Of a DNA stretch of 64,000 nt, positions 38,808 to 50,950 are shown piece by piece. Under the pieces are notes generated by a model. The model saw nothing but the letters and a program-made list of their open reading frames with translations, did not search any database and was not told where the DNA came from. Both the position numbers and the translations under genes were made by a program. Every line of letters begins with the position of its first letter. Positions within the stretch are counted from its first letter, which is position 1. The DNA comes from Carcharhinus longimanus (lineage: Eukaryota), in assembly GCA_030264375.1 (NCBI GenBank), contig JASCQW010000032.1, forward strand, positions 31,738,617 through 31,802,616. Reading direction: 5' to 3'.

Positions 38808-39118
38808 AGAATCATAGAAGCATTGAATCTACAATGCAGAAGGCAGCCATTCAGCCCATTGACAACAAACCTACATAGGCCCTATCCCTGTACCCCCACA
38901 TATTTATCGTCTTAATCCTCCTGACACTAAAAGGAAAACTTGGCATGGCCAATCAACCTAACATGCACACCTTTGAACTGCGGAAGAAAACTGGAGGAAA
39001 CCTATGCAGACATGAGGAGAATGTGCCAACTCCCCACAGACAGTGACCCGAGCCAGAATCGAACCTGGGTCCTTGATGTTGTGAGGCAGCTGTGCTAACC
39101 ACTGAGACTGTGCCGCCT
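38808..39118 (-). mobile_element. HE1-type V-SINE
   Basis: Head, body and CR1-type tail on minus strand. Confidence 0.9.
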
Positions 39119-39633
39119 CTACCATGTAATTTTGTTCCATGTTGGAAGGATTTACAAATTGATACTGAAAACTGTTTTGCCATACTATGAATGCACCTTC
39201 CTTGGCTATCAAATTCTGAATCGGGAGCTTGTGACTCAGAGATAGAAATGCTACCACTCTTCCACAATATTCCTGATTTGAAAACCTCCTTGGCAAATTT
39301 AAAATGAAATTCATCAATCTAATAATATGTGGACTAACATGTTACTGTGCCAGTGGTTGGGAGTGGTATTCTTTCTTCTTCCATACCTTTGGTAACTTTT
39401 AAAAATATATATTATGTATAGATTTTTCTTGTTAATTTGATAGCAATGCTCTTCCTCCTTCAGGTACTAGGCCTAGACTAGCCTGGAGCTCTCCTCACCA
39501 AGCCTAATCATGATCAGACAGGAGATGCAGCTAGCCCATTGCACTTGGGGTGTGCTGATGCCTGCTAGGGTAGAGTAAAGGATTAGGGTAGCCAATGAGG
39601 TAAAACTGAGGCTTTAGCTGATGCAATTTTCCA

Positions 39634-39809
39634 AAGCCTTCTCGGCCTATTGGCTAAGATGAAGCGTTAGTGCAAACCCGGGTGGGGGTGCAATGCCTCA
39701 TCTTGTCAGCTTGGATCTGGTTTGTCCCTCATTTGGGGACGATGATTTGGCTTAATTTTAATTGACTTTTTTGATTAGAAACTAAGTATCAAAAGATGCT
39801 TTAAAAAAA
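39634..39809 (+). ncRNA. U2 snRNA-derived sequence (variant snRNA, pseudogene or snRNA-headed retroposon)
   Basis: 39638-39666 matches vertebrate U2 nt 5-33 at 26/29; stems IIa and IIb recognisable at 39705-39740; Sm-like GACTTTTTTGA; 3' hairpin; short A tract. Confidence 0.75.
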
Positions 39810-39879
39810 CAATTTGATTGGTCAATGATTATGTTTGAAAAGGTACTGCATTGATTTGCCACTGCCTTCTGCAGTATGG

Positions 39880-39990
39880 CTGACCAGGAAACTCTCCTGA
39901 GAATCGATCTGTTTGGTCACATATTTAACACACCTTCCTTGGTCATCAAGGACTGGCGTGGGACTGGATCTCGGAACTTCTGACTCAGAC
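39880..39990 (-). mobile_element. Old tRNA-headed SINE fragment (related copy at 39140-39260)
   Basis: Shared GAGTCA..AAG head and CCAAGGAAGGTG motif in both copies. Confidence 0.55.
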
Positions 39991-42636
39991 TTGGGTCGCT
40001 TGCAGCTCAATAACATCATTAATTCCATACACAAATGGAAAACATTCGAGGGAAAATTAAGAGACAGCGTCACTTGCAATCACCATGCTAAACAGCTCAT
40101 TATTCTTTGAATCCCTTAGATGTAATTTGTAAGGAATACTATTGTTTACTTGGCAAGGATTTTGAACTACAGATTGAGTTGGACTCATCAAATGTTCAGC
40201 TGCCTCTCACTCAGATGAAGACCAACTGCATCTTTTGTAGCTAATATTATTCAGTGTTGTAAGTTGCGTATCTCCTGCTTATCTTTGTCCACCTGAGGTG
40301 GATTGAAGAGTTGTCTTCTGGAAATGAAATCATTAATTATATCAATGGAAATGATCAGTATATATCCATACACAAAATAATATAAAATACTGCTGTATTT
40401 GAAAAACATCTAAACTCTAGAATTTCAGATGTCGGGGATGTCAGCTTCAGAGTGTTGCTTCAGATAAGAGACAAGGAGGCCTACAAATAAATCAATATCT
40501 TATAATGCAATGTAAATATGTTGTGATCTCAGTTCCACACTAATAACTCTGTCTATGAATCCTCAGAGTTTGATGATGAGCTGATTGTCAAGTTCAATAT
40601 CCTGATCTCACCTTTTCCCCCATATCCCTTGGATTATTTAGCCCCAAGAGCTATATCTAATTTCTTCTTGAAATTAATAGAGACATAATGGCCCATGAAC
40701 ATAATATCTAGATTTAATCCCACTATGAACTAACCTAATTAAAGGACTGTGAAGGCATCACTGGCAGGGAGTTTGCTGTATGAGGCCTATGGCCATAACA
40801 AAGCAGAAGGGAGTACTGTGGGAGTGAGATAGCTTTTGACGGTGGAGAGTCTAATTATGGGGTGGAGGTGAGGACCAGATTGTGGGATGGCATAGGGAGA
40901 GGTTCAAAAGCTCCCAATTGCAGCATGAAGTCCTGGTCACTGAGGGCAGCTCCAGACCTTGAAGTGGAGAAGTCTTATCGATGGTCAAGAGCAGATGTGC
41001 AATAGTGGTCTGGGCTGGATGATGGAGAGGTGACAATGATGGTCACAGAGAGATCATGGAGGATTGATCCCTGTCACAGGGGAGCTTTGCATTGGAGAGG
41101 GGGTCCCAGTCGCAGAAGGCATTCCCAATCATGGTGGTGATCTGCATCAAAAGGGGTAGGTTCCTATACTGATCAAAGGTGGTCCTGAGGAGGAGCATGA
41201 GATGTCTGATGGTCATCAGAGTCCGGTGTCAGTCCAGGGAGAGGTCTGATGGTGGTTAAGGGAGTCAGCTGGTGAGAATGGCAAGTGGGCAGATCTCAAA
41301 GGAGCCAGGGAATGGTGAATGATTATTACATGGTCTGTTGGGCTGAAAGGAAATATCTTGGATCCTTCCAGCCTAAAAGCAATGGTGTAAAATAACATAC
41401 CTCAAGATTCAGCATCTCTTGTTTCCTTTCAGGAACCAAGTTTCCTGAGACCTGGGGAACTCAGTTGTCCGTGGTTAAACTGGAATTACTGTTCGACTGA
41501 AGGTACAAAACATCATGGTGATATTTAGTAACAAAATTATTTCCAAAGAGTGGATTGGTCACTTAGCACCAATGCTGTTAAATTTGGAAATGGATATGTT
41601 TCAGGTGAGCTGAGTTACTAATTCAGATATTTTACACTTTCATCTCTGGCATGACCCCAGTTCTTGGAAGTTAAGATTCAATCCAAATTGTCAGAGTTTG
41701 TTTAGGTTTCTGGTTTTCTGAATCACTGACCTAGACACACACATTGCTATTACGACAAAGGGGTGAATTTTCTCAGGCCAGTTTGGATGGTCTGGGGGAT
41801 GGGAGGCTTTGCAATCTGTCATGGCAAGGTGACAGGGAGGTTAGCCTGATCATTTCCCACTCCCATGTCATATCATCAGCAGTAGGAACATTACTGGGCA
41901 AATTACTTAAGGACCCAATTAATGGCCACTTTGTGCCCCAGGAGGTATTTTGCCCATATCAGGGTGACCCAGCACTGAATGGACAGATCATCATGTGAAT
42001 CGTGGCGGCCTCCCCAGTGGGTTCCTGGTTGTTGCTATCCTTAATGATTCCTCCTTACTCCACGGGGGTGCCAATGATTTGCCCCATCCTCGAGGCAACT
42101 CTGCCACATCAAACCTCCCTCACAAACCCCCCCAGTGTTCTGATCCCAGTTCCCTCAAAGAAAATGACATGGGCATGATCTTACCACAACGCTTCAAAGA
42201 CAGAGAAGTGCGTGACAAGCCAAATCTCTCTTCGCTGCAGTGGGATGGGAAAATCCTGCTGGCGTGAGCGGTCGGAAAATTCCAGCCTATGTTTTTGAAA
42301 TTGCTTTGGGATTCAGATCCACTAATTGGAACAGCAGCTACTGGAGGGAAGGCCTAGATGGGAAGAGAAGGGGGCACTGTCCTCAAGTGGTTAATGGTTT
42401 GGCTGTTAATTTGCCATCGCCAGCATAATGCCACCCGAGGGTCACATGTTCAGTGCCAGCAGTGGGACTTCAGCTTCTGCAGAAACATTCAGTCTCTTAT
42501 ACCTGGGTGGTTACAGGAAATGTCTGCTCATCGCGGCATTATGAATGTAGGGCAGCTTGATGGAGCAGTTTGTTTCCTACCCAGAATCTTAATCTGGTGA
42601 AAATCTTTGAGATAAATCCAGAGCAATTAAGGCTTC

Positions 42637-43329
42637 TTTTTTTTAATTCAGGGCACATTATGTCAGATTACTTCATGCACAATATCTGATTTTAATTTGA
42701 AGGTGGTGTTTCTCTATTTTAACTTCTGGCTTTTGCAATGGAGCGATACAAAATAGCTGGGGAAGTTCCAATTCATAACAGTCATGATAAAACTCCATCA
42801 GAATTTGCAAAATATTTTTTATATCAGAAAACGTAGTCCTAATATTTAGACTGGTAAGGTGCTCAGCACTAAAATATTCTAGCAACTTGCCTCATTGTCA
42901 AATGTAGAACTTTGTAGCAAAACAAGCTGTTTAATATCAAGCATCTCAGTGTTAACATTTACATATTTTTGCGGAATTTGTTATAGTGCTGGTATTTTAG
43001 TGTGTAATTCTAGCAACTTTTTCATTGTTTGTTTCCCAACAACTGAGTGATTTCAAAACCTGCAAATTGGGGACGTTTACTGAGTGCAAACCATTTCTTA
43101 CATCAGATTCATCACTGTCCAGTCTAAATATTAGGGCTATATTTTCCAGTATAAAAGATACTTTGCAATTTCTGATATACTTTTATCATGACTATTATGA
43201 ATTGGAACTTCCCTAGGTATTTTATATAATTCCATTGCAAAAGCCGGATTTTAAAGCAGAGGAACATCATTTTCAAACTAAAATCAGACATTGTGCATGA
43301 ATAACAAAACGTGCCCTGAATAAAAAAAA
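42637..43329. repeat. Inverted repeat with ~215 bp arms (42637-42854, 43119-43329)
   Basis: Reverse-complement alignment, also visible as similar peptides in opposite-strand ORFs (FYHDCYELELP / FYHDYYELELP). Confidence 0.9.
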
Positions 43330-45399
43330 CAATTTATTTGCCCTGGATTTATCTCAAAGATTTTCAACGGATTAAGATTCTGGGTCGGAAACAATTGCTC
43401 CATCAAGTCTACCCTATATTTATGATGCTGGAATGAGTAGATATTTCCTACAACCACTCTATCCGCCGCCCACCCCTCAACCTCCGCCTCCATCCATCAG
43501 CCATGTTATCATCTGGAGGAGACATAAAAACAAAAAAGGAAATCCATGTCTGAAGAAGGAAGAAAACTCCTCTCCACCGCACCCAAGCAATTAAAACCAA
43601 TCCAAAAGAAACACACTAACCATGTTCACTGTTTAGATGATGTGATCTCTACCCAACCCTGACACATTACTTGAGAGCATGTTAAATTTCAGTCACACGA
43701 AATGTCTTGGATACCAAAAATACCTATTCATAGTGAAGATACAAATAGTGAGAATAGCATTACTGAAATAAGACCAAGCAACACAGCATTTTGAACAAAT
43801 TAATGAGAGCGTAAAGCATACATGTTGGTCATTTAGCCTCCTTTTGACGGGAATTCTTGCAGATACTTTCTAAAAGGTGATCACATGTTCTTGGAAGAGG
43901 AATAGCTGTCTGATCGTTATTGGCTACAACAATTATGTAATGACATTGGTCTTTCTTCCTACAGAGCCGTGTCTTGCCTCCACATCTGTAATAGTTAACC
44001 AAAGTATAGTTAAATGTTATGTCAGATGTTATCTCTACAAAACTTTTTGAAATGCAGCCCTAGTCTTAACCCAGGGAGAATGGTGCGTGGGAAGAGTAAA
44101 GATTAGGCCAAAACTGAGGTCCCTTCTGGAATCATGACAAGAGGCAGCTTAGTTTTACACGTAGCATTGTGGCCTGATCACACTATTACAGGCTGATGCT
44201 GACTCAGTAGAAAAAGCCAGACTAAGACATTAGAGAGATCACATTTCCCAGAACTCCTTGTAGGCCAGGGAGCTGAACTGTTCCCCTCTATCTGGGCAGA
44301 AAGAGTTCTTGGCCTTTGAATTCATCATTTCCAGTTTCCTCCTCCCAGTGCCTGCATGAAACCGTTCCAGTGGGATCCTGGCTACAGAATCTTGTCACCA
44401 AATTCCTGTTCCTGCCCACGAGGCAAGTGGTGGATTTGGTTAGACTGGGCTTCCAAGAGCATTTATTTAAATGAGGCCTTGCCATCATCATTAGCTCAGT
44501 CTTTACGTTCTCAGAATTCCTGGGTACACACCTATCTTCCTGCCCGCTCCCCCTACCCCAACACGCACATTTTTTAAAGCTTAAGCACAATCTTTTCCCC
44601 TTTTATTGGAATTTGGGGCCATGGGTTCCCTTTGGAAAGCTAATTTGTAAGGCTGTTAGTGCACAATGGATAACATCTCCATAGCATTTACAAATGAAGT
44701 CTCTGGTAGCACTTTGAATGCTTTGATGCCTGTTATTTATGTAATGGCTTTTCTGATTAAATAATGTGGTTTACCAAGGCCCAAGAATTGCTTAATAAAA
44801 GCTGTGTTTATTTCAAGTTCATAAGCAACGCTAAAAGAATTCAAAAATATTTTCCTAACACCAAGCTGTTCAAATCATTTTAAACTAATTCATTTTTAAC
44901 TCAAGGACAACATAAAATTCATGATCTGCTGATCAGGATATTGATTTTGTCAATGCATGTTTGTGAACCAAATCACTCCAGTAATGTTGCAGGTTAGAAG
45001 TGGTGTTGTGGTGTGGTACCAGCATTATAACCTTAATTGATACATTATGACTCAAGCCATTAAAATTAAAATTTTGCCTTAACTTGAAAACCAATAGGAC
45101 ATAAAGCCCCAAAATTAAGCTTGGGAAAGGGCTGAGGAGTGATTGTCACACATCACTGACTCACCAACATTAAGATCCAGGTCATTCCAACACCTGTGTT
45201 CTCACTCAACAGCACTAAATCCAACTCCTATTGAACCCAGTAGCATGAGGTGAGTGGGCACAGAGTTGACAGAGTGCACCAGCAGGCTATGGTCGGGGAT
45301 TTGTGGGAAGAATTACAGGCAGTCAGGTAAACAGGGGAATCAACATTTTCTAGTAGCCTTTAGTGGATAGCTATCTCGTGACTGTCAGTGCAAAGTTCT

Positions 45400-45990
45400 G
45401 GCATCATTGGCAACAGGACATCATGTTTGGAAGAGTGGAGCTGATTCCTAGGACCAAGCCGCTGGTTTATGAGGCTTGTGTTCTCAGCACCTTGTTGAGT
45501 AGTGTCAAATATGGATGACCTCTGGCTAATAAGAAAGGGGGGGCTCAACAACTTTCATCTTCCTTATGTGAGGCGCATTCTGGGCACCCCACAGAAGAAC
45601 AAAGTCATGAATGCAATAATCGGCTGAGAGACGAAGCTCCCAAATATGTTGGCACTCATGCAGAGGTATTCATTGGAGCATACCAAAGGATTTTCAGGCC
45701 AATGGAGATAGAAAGCAAGCAGGACACCCAAAGCACCACTTCAAGGACACCTGCAAGTGTGACCTGATGACCCCAAACATTGATTCTCACATCTGGGACA
45801 CACTAGCTGATGACAGAGGGAAGTGGTGACATCAGCTGTGGACCAGCATGACAATTAATGGCTACAGCAACAGGTGACTTCACTGAAGACAAGCAGCCAT
45901 GATGATTCCTGATACCACCTGCTATGTAGCACTTGTCGCAAAACCTGCTTCTCATGGATTGGTCTCTTCAGCCACCATATGAAACTATCC
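45400..45990 (+). mobile_element. RTE (BovB-like) LINE 3' fragment
   Basis: LNNFHLPYVRRILG, NKVMN, GHPKHHFKDTCKCDL, WDTLADDRGKW. Confidence 0.8.
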
Positions 45991-46104
45991 CAGCTCGATG
46001 GATTTGATTTGCTGCACATCCATCGTTTTACCAGGTGGATGTTGATGATGACAACATTTTAGAAATGTTTGGAAACTTGGTTCATTGTATTGGTAACAGG
46101 TGGC

Positions 46105-46392
46105 AAAGCAGTTGTACAGAACATTGGTTAGGCCGCATTTGGAGTACTGCGTCCAGTTCTAGTCGCCTTACTACCGGAAGGACGTGGAGACTCTGGAGAG
46201 AGTGCAGAGGAGGTTTACCAGGATGTTGCCTGGTATGGNNNNNNNNNNNNNNNNNNAGTTTCCCTCAATCTGGATGGCCATAAAACATTAGACAGGGGTC
46301 GTGGGTAGAGAGGTGGACTGGTGGTGTTGAGATAGCGGCGCGGGCTCGTTGGGCCGAAGGGCTTGTTTCTTGGGCTGATTTTTGTTCTTTGT
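46105..46392 (+). mobile_element. CR1 LINE fragment and 3' tail across a small gap
   Basis: LYRTLVRPHLEYCVQF..LERVQRRFTRMLPG. Confidence 0.9.
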
Positions 46393-46394
46393 TC

Positions 46395-46626
46395 AGTTAG
46401 CACTGCTGCCTCACAGTGCCAGGGTTCAATTCAGTTTGCACGTTCTCCCCGTGTCTGCATGGTGCTCCAGTTTCCCCCCACAATCCAAAGATGTGCATAT
46501 TGGTTAATTAGCCATGCCAGATTACCTCTGTTAGTGGGATTAGCAGGGGGTACGGGTGGGATTTTTATCGGTACAGGCTCAATGGGCCAAAGGGCCTCCT
46601 TCTGCGCTGTAGGGATTCTATGATTC
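46395..46626 (+). mobile_element. HE1-type V-SINE with internal deletions
   Basis: Partial head/body; tail GGGATTCTATGATTC. Confidence 0.85.
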
Positions 46627-49600
46627 ATCTGTTTTGGATAATACTATGGAATTAGAAGTATTATTAATTTTATGTGATGCTTACATCAGCAAATACTCTT
46701 TCTTATACAAGCACACCATGCTGCAATGCACTCTAGTTACAGTTGAGCAAGAGAGATAAATTTCATTTTAGTTTTCAGAAAATAGTCATAAGGTATTCTT
46801 TTTGAGACCTCCAGACACAAAAATATAAATCATTTACTGTGTCTGAGTGACATCAGGCAGTTTGCTTTCTCAGATATTTATCCTATTTTGCTATGTCTAT
46901 GGATTAAAGCTCTTTGACTGTAGTATTTTGAGACAATCTTTACACACTAGCTGGATCCTTACCCAGAGTCTAGTGGTAATATGCCAAAGTACCTTTGATC
47001 TTATTCAATTGCTAGGAAATGTATCACTTTTCTTCCAAGTGCCCCAAAAGAAAACAAATGTTCTTTAGAGCTGAAGTATTTTGTGGTATTTTGGCATTTT
47101 ATTCTCTTTGTGAAATTGTTTCAGATGCTCTGTAATGTAACATGAAAAAACTTCTGCAAAGAATTGCCATAATACTGGCCTTTCTGCAAAGGTAATGACG
47201 ATGAAACTGTCAGCATTCAATTTCTTCACTCCTCTGAAACAAACAACTTTCTCACATACGCAGCCAGACGTGGAAATCTGGAAGGTGCAGGTGCAGGCGC
47301 ACTAGTGAAGTCTTGTTCAAACTCTAGTCAATTAGAAATTATTAACTGACAAGAATTCCCACTCTTTTAAAACATGTGAAAATGTACATTCTGTTGAATG
47401 GTGTTCAACTGGATATTTAACAGTGTATTAAGTTCATAATTACTACCAGGAAGCCACACTGGCTCTGAAAGAGTAATTTTATATTTGTGGAATGCAAAAT
47501 TGCTCCATTGTGATATAAATTGTGAAATTTCTAAAATCTTTTAAGACTACTTATGATATATTAGCTTCCATCTTAATTGCATAATCTGCTAGCTGCAAAA
47601 ATAAATACTCAAATGTTCATACGCTTAATAGTTTTCAACTTCCTGCTTTGCTGTCTGTGAGAATGCCTCAATTTGTTTACTCTGCTAGATGACATCACTG
47701 TCACTGAATGCCTGGAGATTTATTTCACATGGCACCACATTGAAGCTGATGTTAGGAAGTCTACACCACAGAGTTTTGTAAGTAGTTGTTTTACAGGGTC
47801 AGCAGTGAGTAACGTTGACTTATTACTGATTACAAAATCCAACTTAAAGTTTAATGATTTACAATTGTTAAGAGTTTAAAGTTTCTTTGACATTCTCCAA
47901 GGTTCAGTGGCACTGGTTATTCTCGTTACTGGACTGCTTATTCTTTATATTCAATGATTTGTCCATACTGACAAATAGCTGGTAATTGTAATGATTTTGA
48001 GGAAGACCATTAACTTTTAAAACAAAAATTGATTTCCCAGTGATTAACTAAAAGAAATATGCTGCAGCATTTCACATTTTAAGCAAAAAAACCTTTTCTG
48101 TACAAGAACTAAACAAAGCAGGTGCTACTAATTTAATACCATATTTCTTAAACGTTAGGTTGCATTTTTCCAGTCCCACCCACCATGGGATTTTCCAGCC
48201 TTGGGGCAAGAGCGACTGGAAAATCCCATCTATACTCTAAGTCTGGAAATCTCAATTATACACTCTCTGTTCAACTTGATTTTCTACCCAAGAGTTCCTC
48301 TATACGTAAAGGATCTTGAGGGTTCTTGGACTTCTCCTGGGAACAAACATGATGTGCCACAGATTTTAGGAATTCACTTTGATTCTCCTCTCTTTTCCCA
48401 CTACTTTCTGAGGTGTGAAGTTTCTTGAAACCATTGAATTGGCATCTAGCTAAGTGACCCTCCAATTCTCCTTAAGCAGACAGCAGCTCACGGTTGTGGA
48501 CACATCCAGCACAAACATGGACCTCACTCAGACCTTGCTTTGTGTCTCCAACTCAGAAATGCCACTGATTTCTGAAAACTCTCTGCTTCTGGCTCACAGC
48601 AACTTTGCAATCGATGATAGATTATTTCTCTCTACCACTCTCTACCACTGTTCCAGTTCCAGACATAAACTGTATGATTCAAAGCTGCTCCAAGCTGACT
48701 GTTTCAGGGTGAACTCATTCAGATGAACCCAGGTTGAAAGGGTACCCTGCTGCAAAATATACTCTCATAAGAACATGCCATACTTTAAGTATCCACAGCG
48801 GAGATTCTCACCCCATGAATCTGTATGTATAATTTAAACCTTTAATGGGGACAGCTTTAGGCTTCTAGGATGGGGTTTTCCAGTCATTCCTGTGGGTTAG
48901 GACAATTTGGAGGTCATCCAAAAATCAGTTTCCCGCTAGCATAAAAATAAATTATGATTGTCCACTTCTGACTTGATTGCGGGTTGCGTAGACCACCACA
49001 TCACATTGGAAATTGTGTTCGCATTATTTAAATGTCATGAATGTTCATTATAAAGCCAGCTTGCCTGAATCATGCCCCCACCCCAGATCAAAAGGGTAAT
49101 TAATTAGATTGTCATGATTCACGGCCAGATATTAGTGACATGCACCTGAGGATTTGTATTCCCCTGGTCATTTGTCTGCGGGGGCAGGTGGGGGCGGGGG
49201 GGGGGGGGGGGGGTTGGGGNNNNNNNNNNNNNNNNNNNNNNNNNNNNNNNNNNNNNNNNNNNNNNNNNNNNNNNNNNNNNNNNNNNNNNNNNNNNNNNNN
49301 NNNNNNNNNNNNNNNNNNNGGGGGGGGGGGTGGGTGGGTTTGGGGGAGGCTGGGAAACAGTGCATGCTGATGCATGATGGGGAAGACTGGGGGAAGAGTG
49401 CACAAAGACATAATGGAAAGACTGGGGAATGGTACACATAGACAGGTGAATGGGGGAAAGACACATGATTGTACATGGCGTTCCTCCATGATGATGGGAG
49501 GGATGTCTATCATCACATGATAGGGTTTCAAAGCTGCTCTGATGGTAGAAGTTCACTCCAACTGTTTTCCAAACTGGATCAATGATGTGGTTGAAAAAGA

Positions 49601-50138
49601 AAGAATGAAATATTTGCCATGGGAGGACTCTCAGGGCTCATGGGGGGACTCAAACATCACACTTGGAGGGACACCCAATTAATTTATGATTTTCTTAATG
49701 GCAAAAAAGCCAAAGCTGAGACATAGCTGAGTCAGATGCCAATTGAACACCTCTTATTGTACCTTCATGCTTGAGTATAATTCTGATTAAGGCCACTGCT
49801 AAATTTTCTTGCTAAAATCCTTTGTCCCACTCATGGCAAATCCAGAATATCAGAATGAATCAATAGAAAAGAGGTCATTGCCGAAATGCAGATGCTTACT
49901 TTTCAGCTGTCAAGTTCAGATGTGAGAATCCTCCACTTGTTCCCAACAAACTCTCAGTCCATCAATGAGAGGTAATCCTGAAGATTGTAAGAGTGCTGCA
50001 AATGGACTCAGTGAGGATGTAATGATTGGGATGGCTCCACAGTCACTCCCTAGTAAATGACAGAAAGATGACTTTTGGAGACCTACGTTCAATCATGTTT
50101 CTGTTCAGTATTCCTGCAGAGGTCAGCTTGAGGGTAAC

Positions 50139-50700
50139 ATGGATGGAGCAGCCAATGTTGCGATCATCCTGGCAATCAGACAACTAAAAAGGAGAAGAAG
50201 TGTCCTCTTCATCACCAGCCTTGGCAATGGGAAGAGCCTCACTCTGAGGAAGAAGGGCCTGCAGGGCCATGCCAACACCCAGAAGCCAAAGCTGGCAGAA
50301 ACATTGAATGGAGGCATCATGCATGTCCAAGGGTGTACAGAAAATGATTCTTATATCCGTAACTGATCGAGAGACGGTTCCATGAATGCCTTTACATGAT
50401 TAAAAATGCAATGACTCACATCTGCCATACTATCCGGGAGGAGTTGATGTCACAGGGACTGGGAGGCCATCCATTATCAATGGCTCTAAAAGTCACTGCT
50501 GCTCTGAGCTTCTTTGTGACTTGTTCATTCCAGGGCTCCACTAGGGGCTTTTGTGGGATTTCTCAAGCATCTATTCATAAATTCGGGGGATCACCCTTTT
50601 TAGCAAAACACACAATTATGTGCAGCTTTCTTTAGATGATGCCAGCCAGGCTGCTGGAGCAGTGGATTTATTACTGAAATGTAACCCTGAAATTGATAGA
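50139..50700 (+). mobile_element. Harbinger transposase N-terminal fossil
   Basis: PRVYRK..THICH..GGHPLSMALKVTAALSFFVTCSFQGSTRGFCGISQASIHK. Confidence 0.85.
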
Positions 50701-50729
50701 GTTGTGAGAGTTGAGTGCGAGGTTGACAT

Positions 50730-50950
50730 ACCCTGGTTGTGCAGATGAGATCATTCATCCTGTTCCTGCACTGAAGGCAGACAACTTCTGTGCTGAATTG
50801 GCACAGACAGTGCTGGCCACCTCCTCCCAAGCTAGGCCAGTGAAATTGGTGGACCTCCTTCTCCCATCACTGGGGTAAAGGATAGCCTGGTGTACCGCCA
50901 TTGCACCTAGGAGTTGCATTAGTGCATTGCTGCTGAATTTGGGGCACTCA
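50730..50950 (-). mobile_element. Harbinger Myb/SANT-like ORF fossil
   Basis: PKFSSNALMQLLGAM..ILYPSDGRRR..AWEEVA..QCRNRMNDLI with one frameshift. Confidence 0.85.

Noticed and set aside
50396-50635. Host HARBI1 or MSANTD gene
   Set aside because: Stops, frameshifts, truncation and several independent copies indicate transposon fossils
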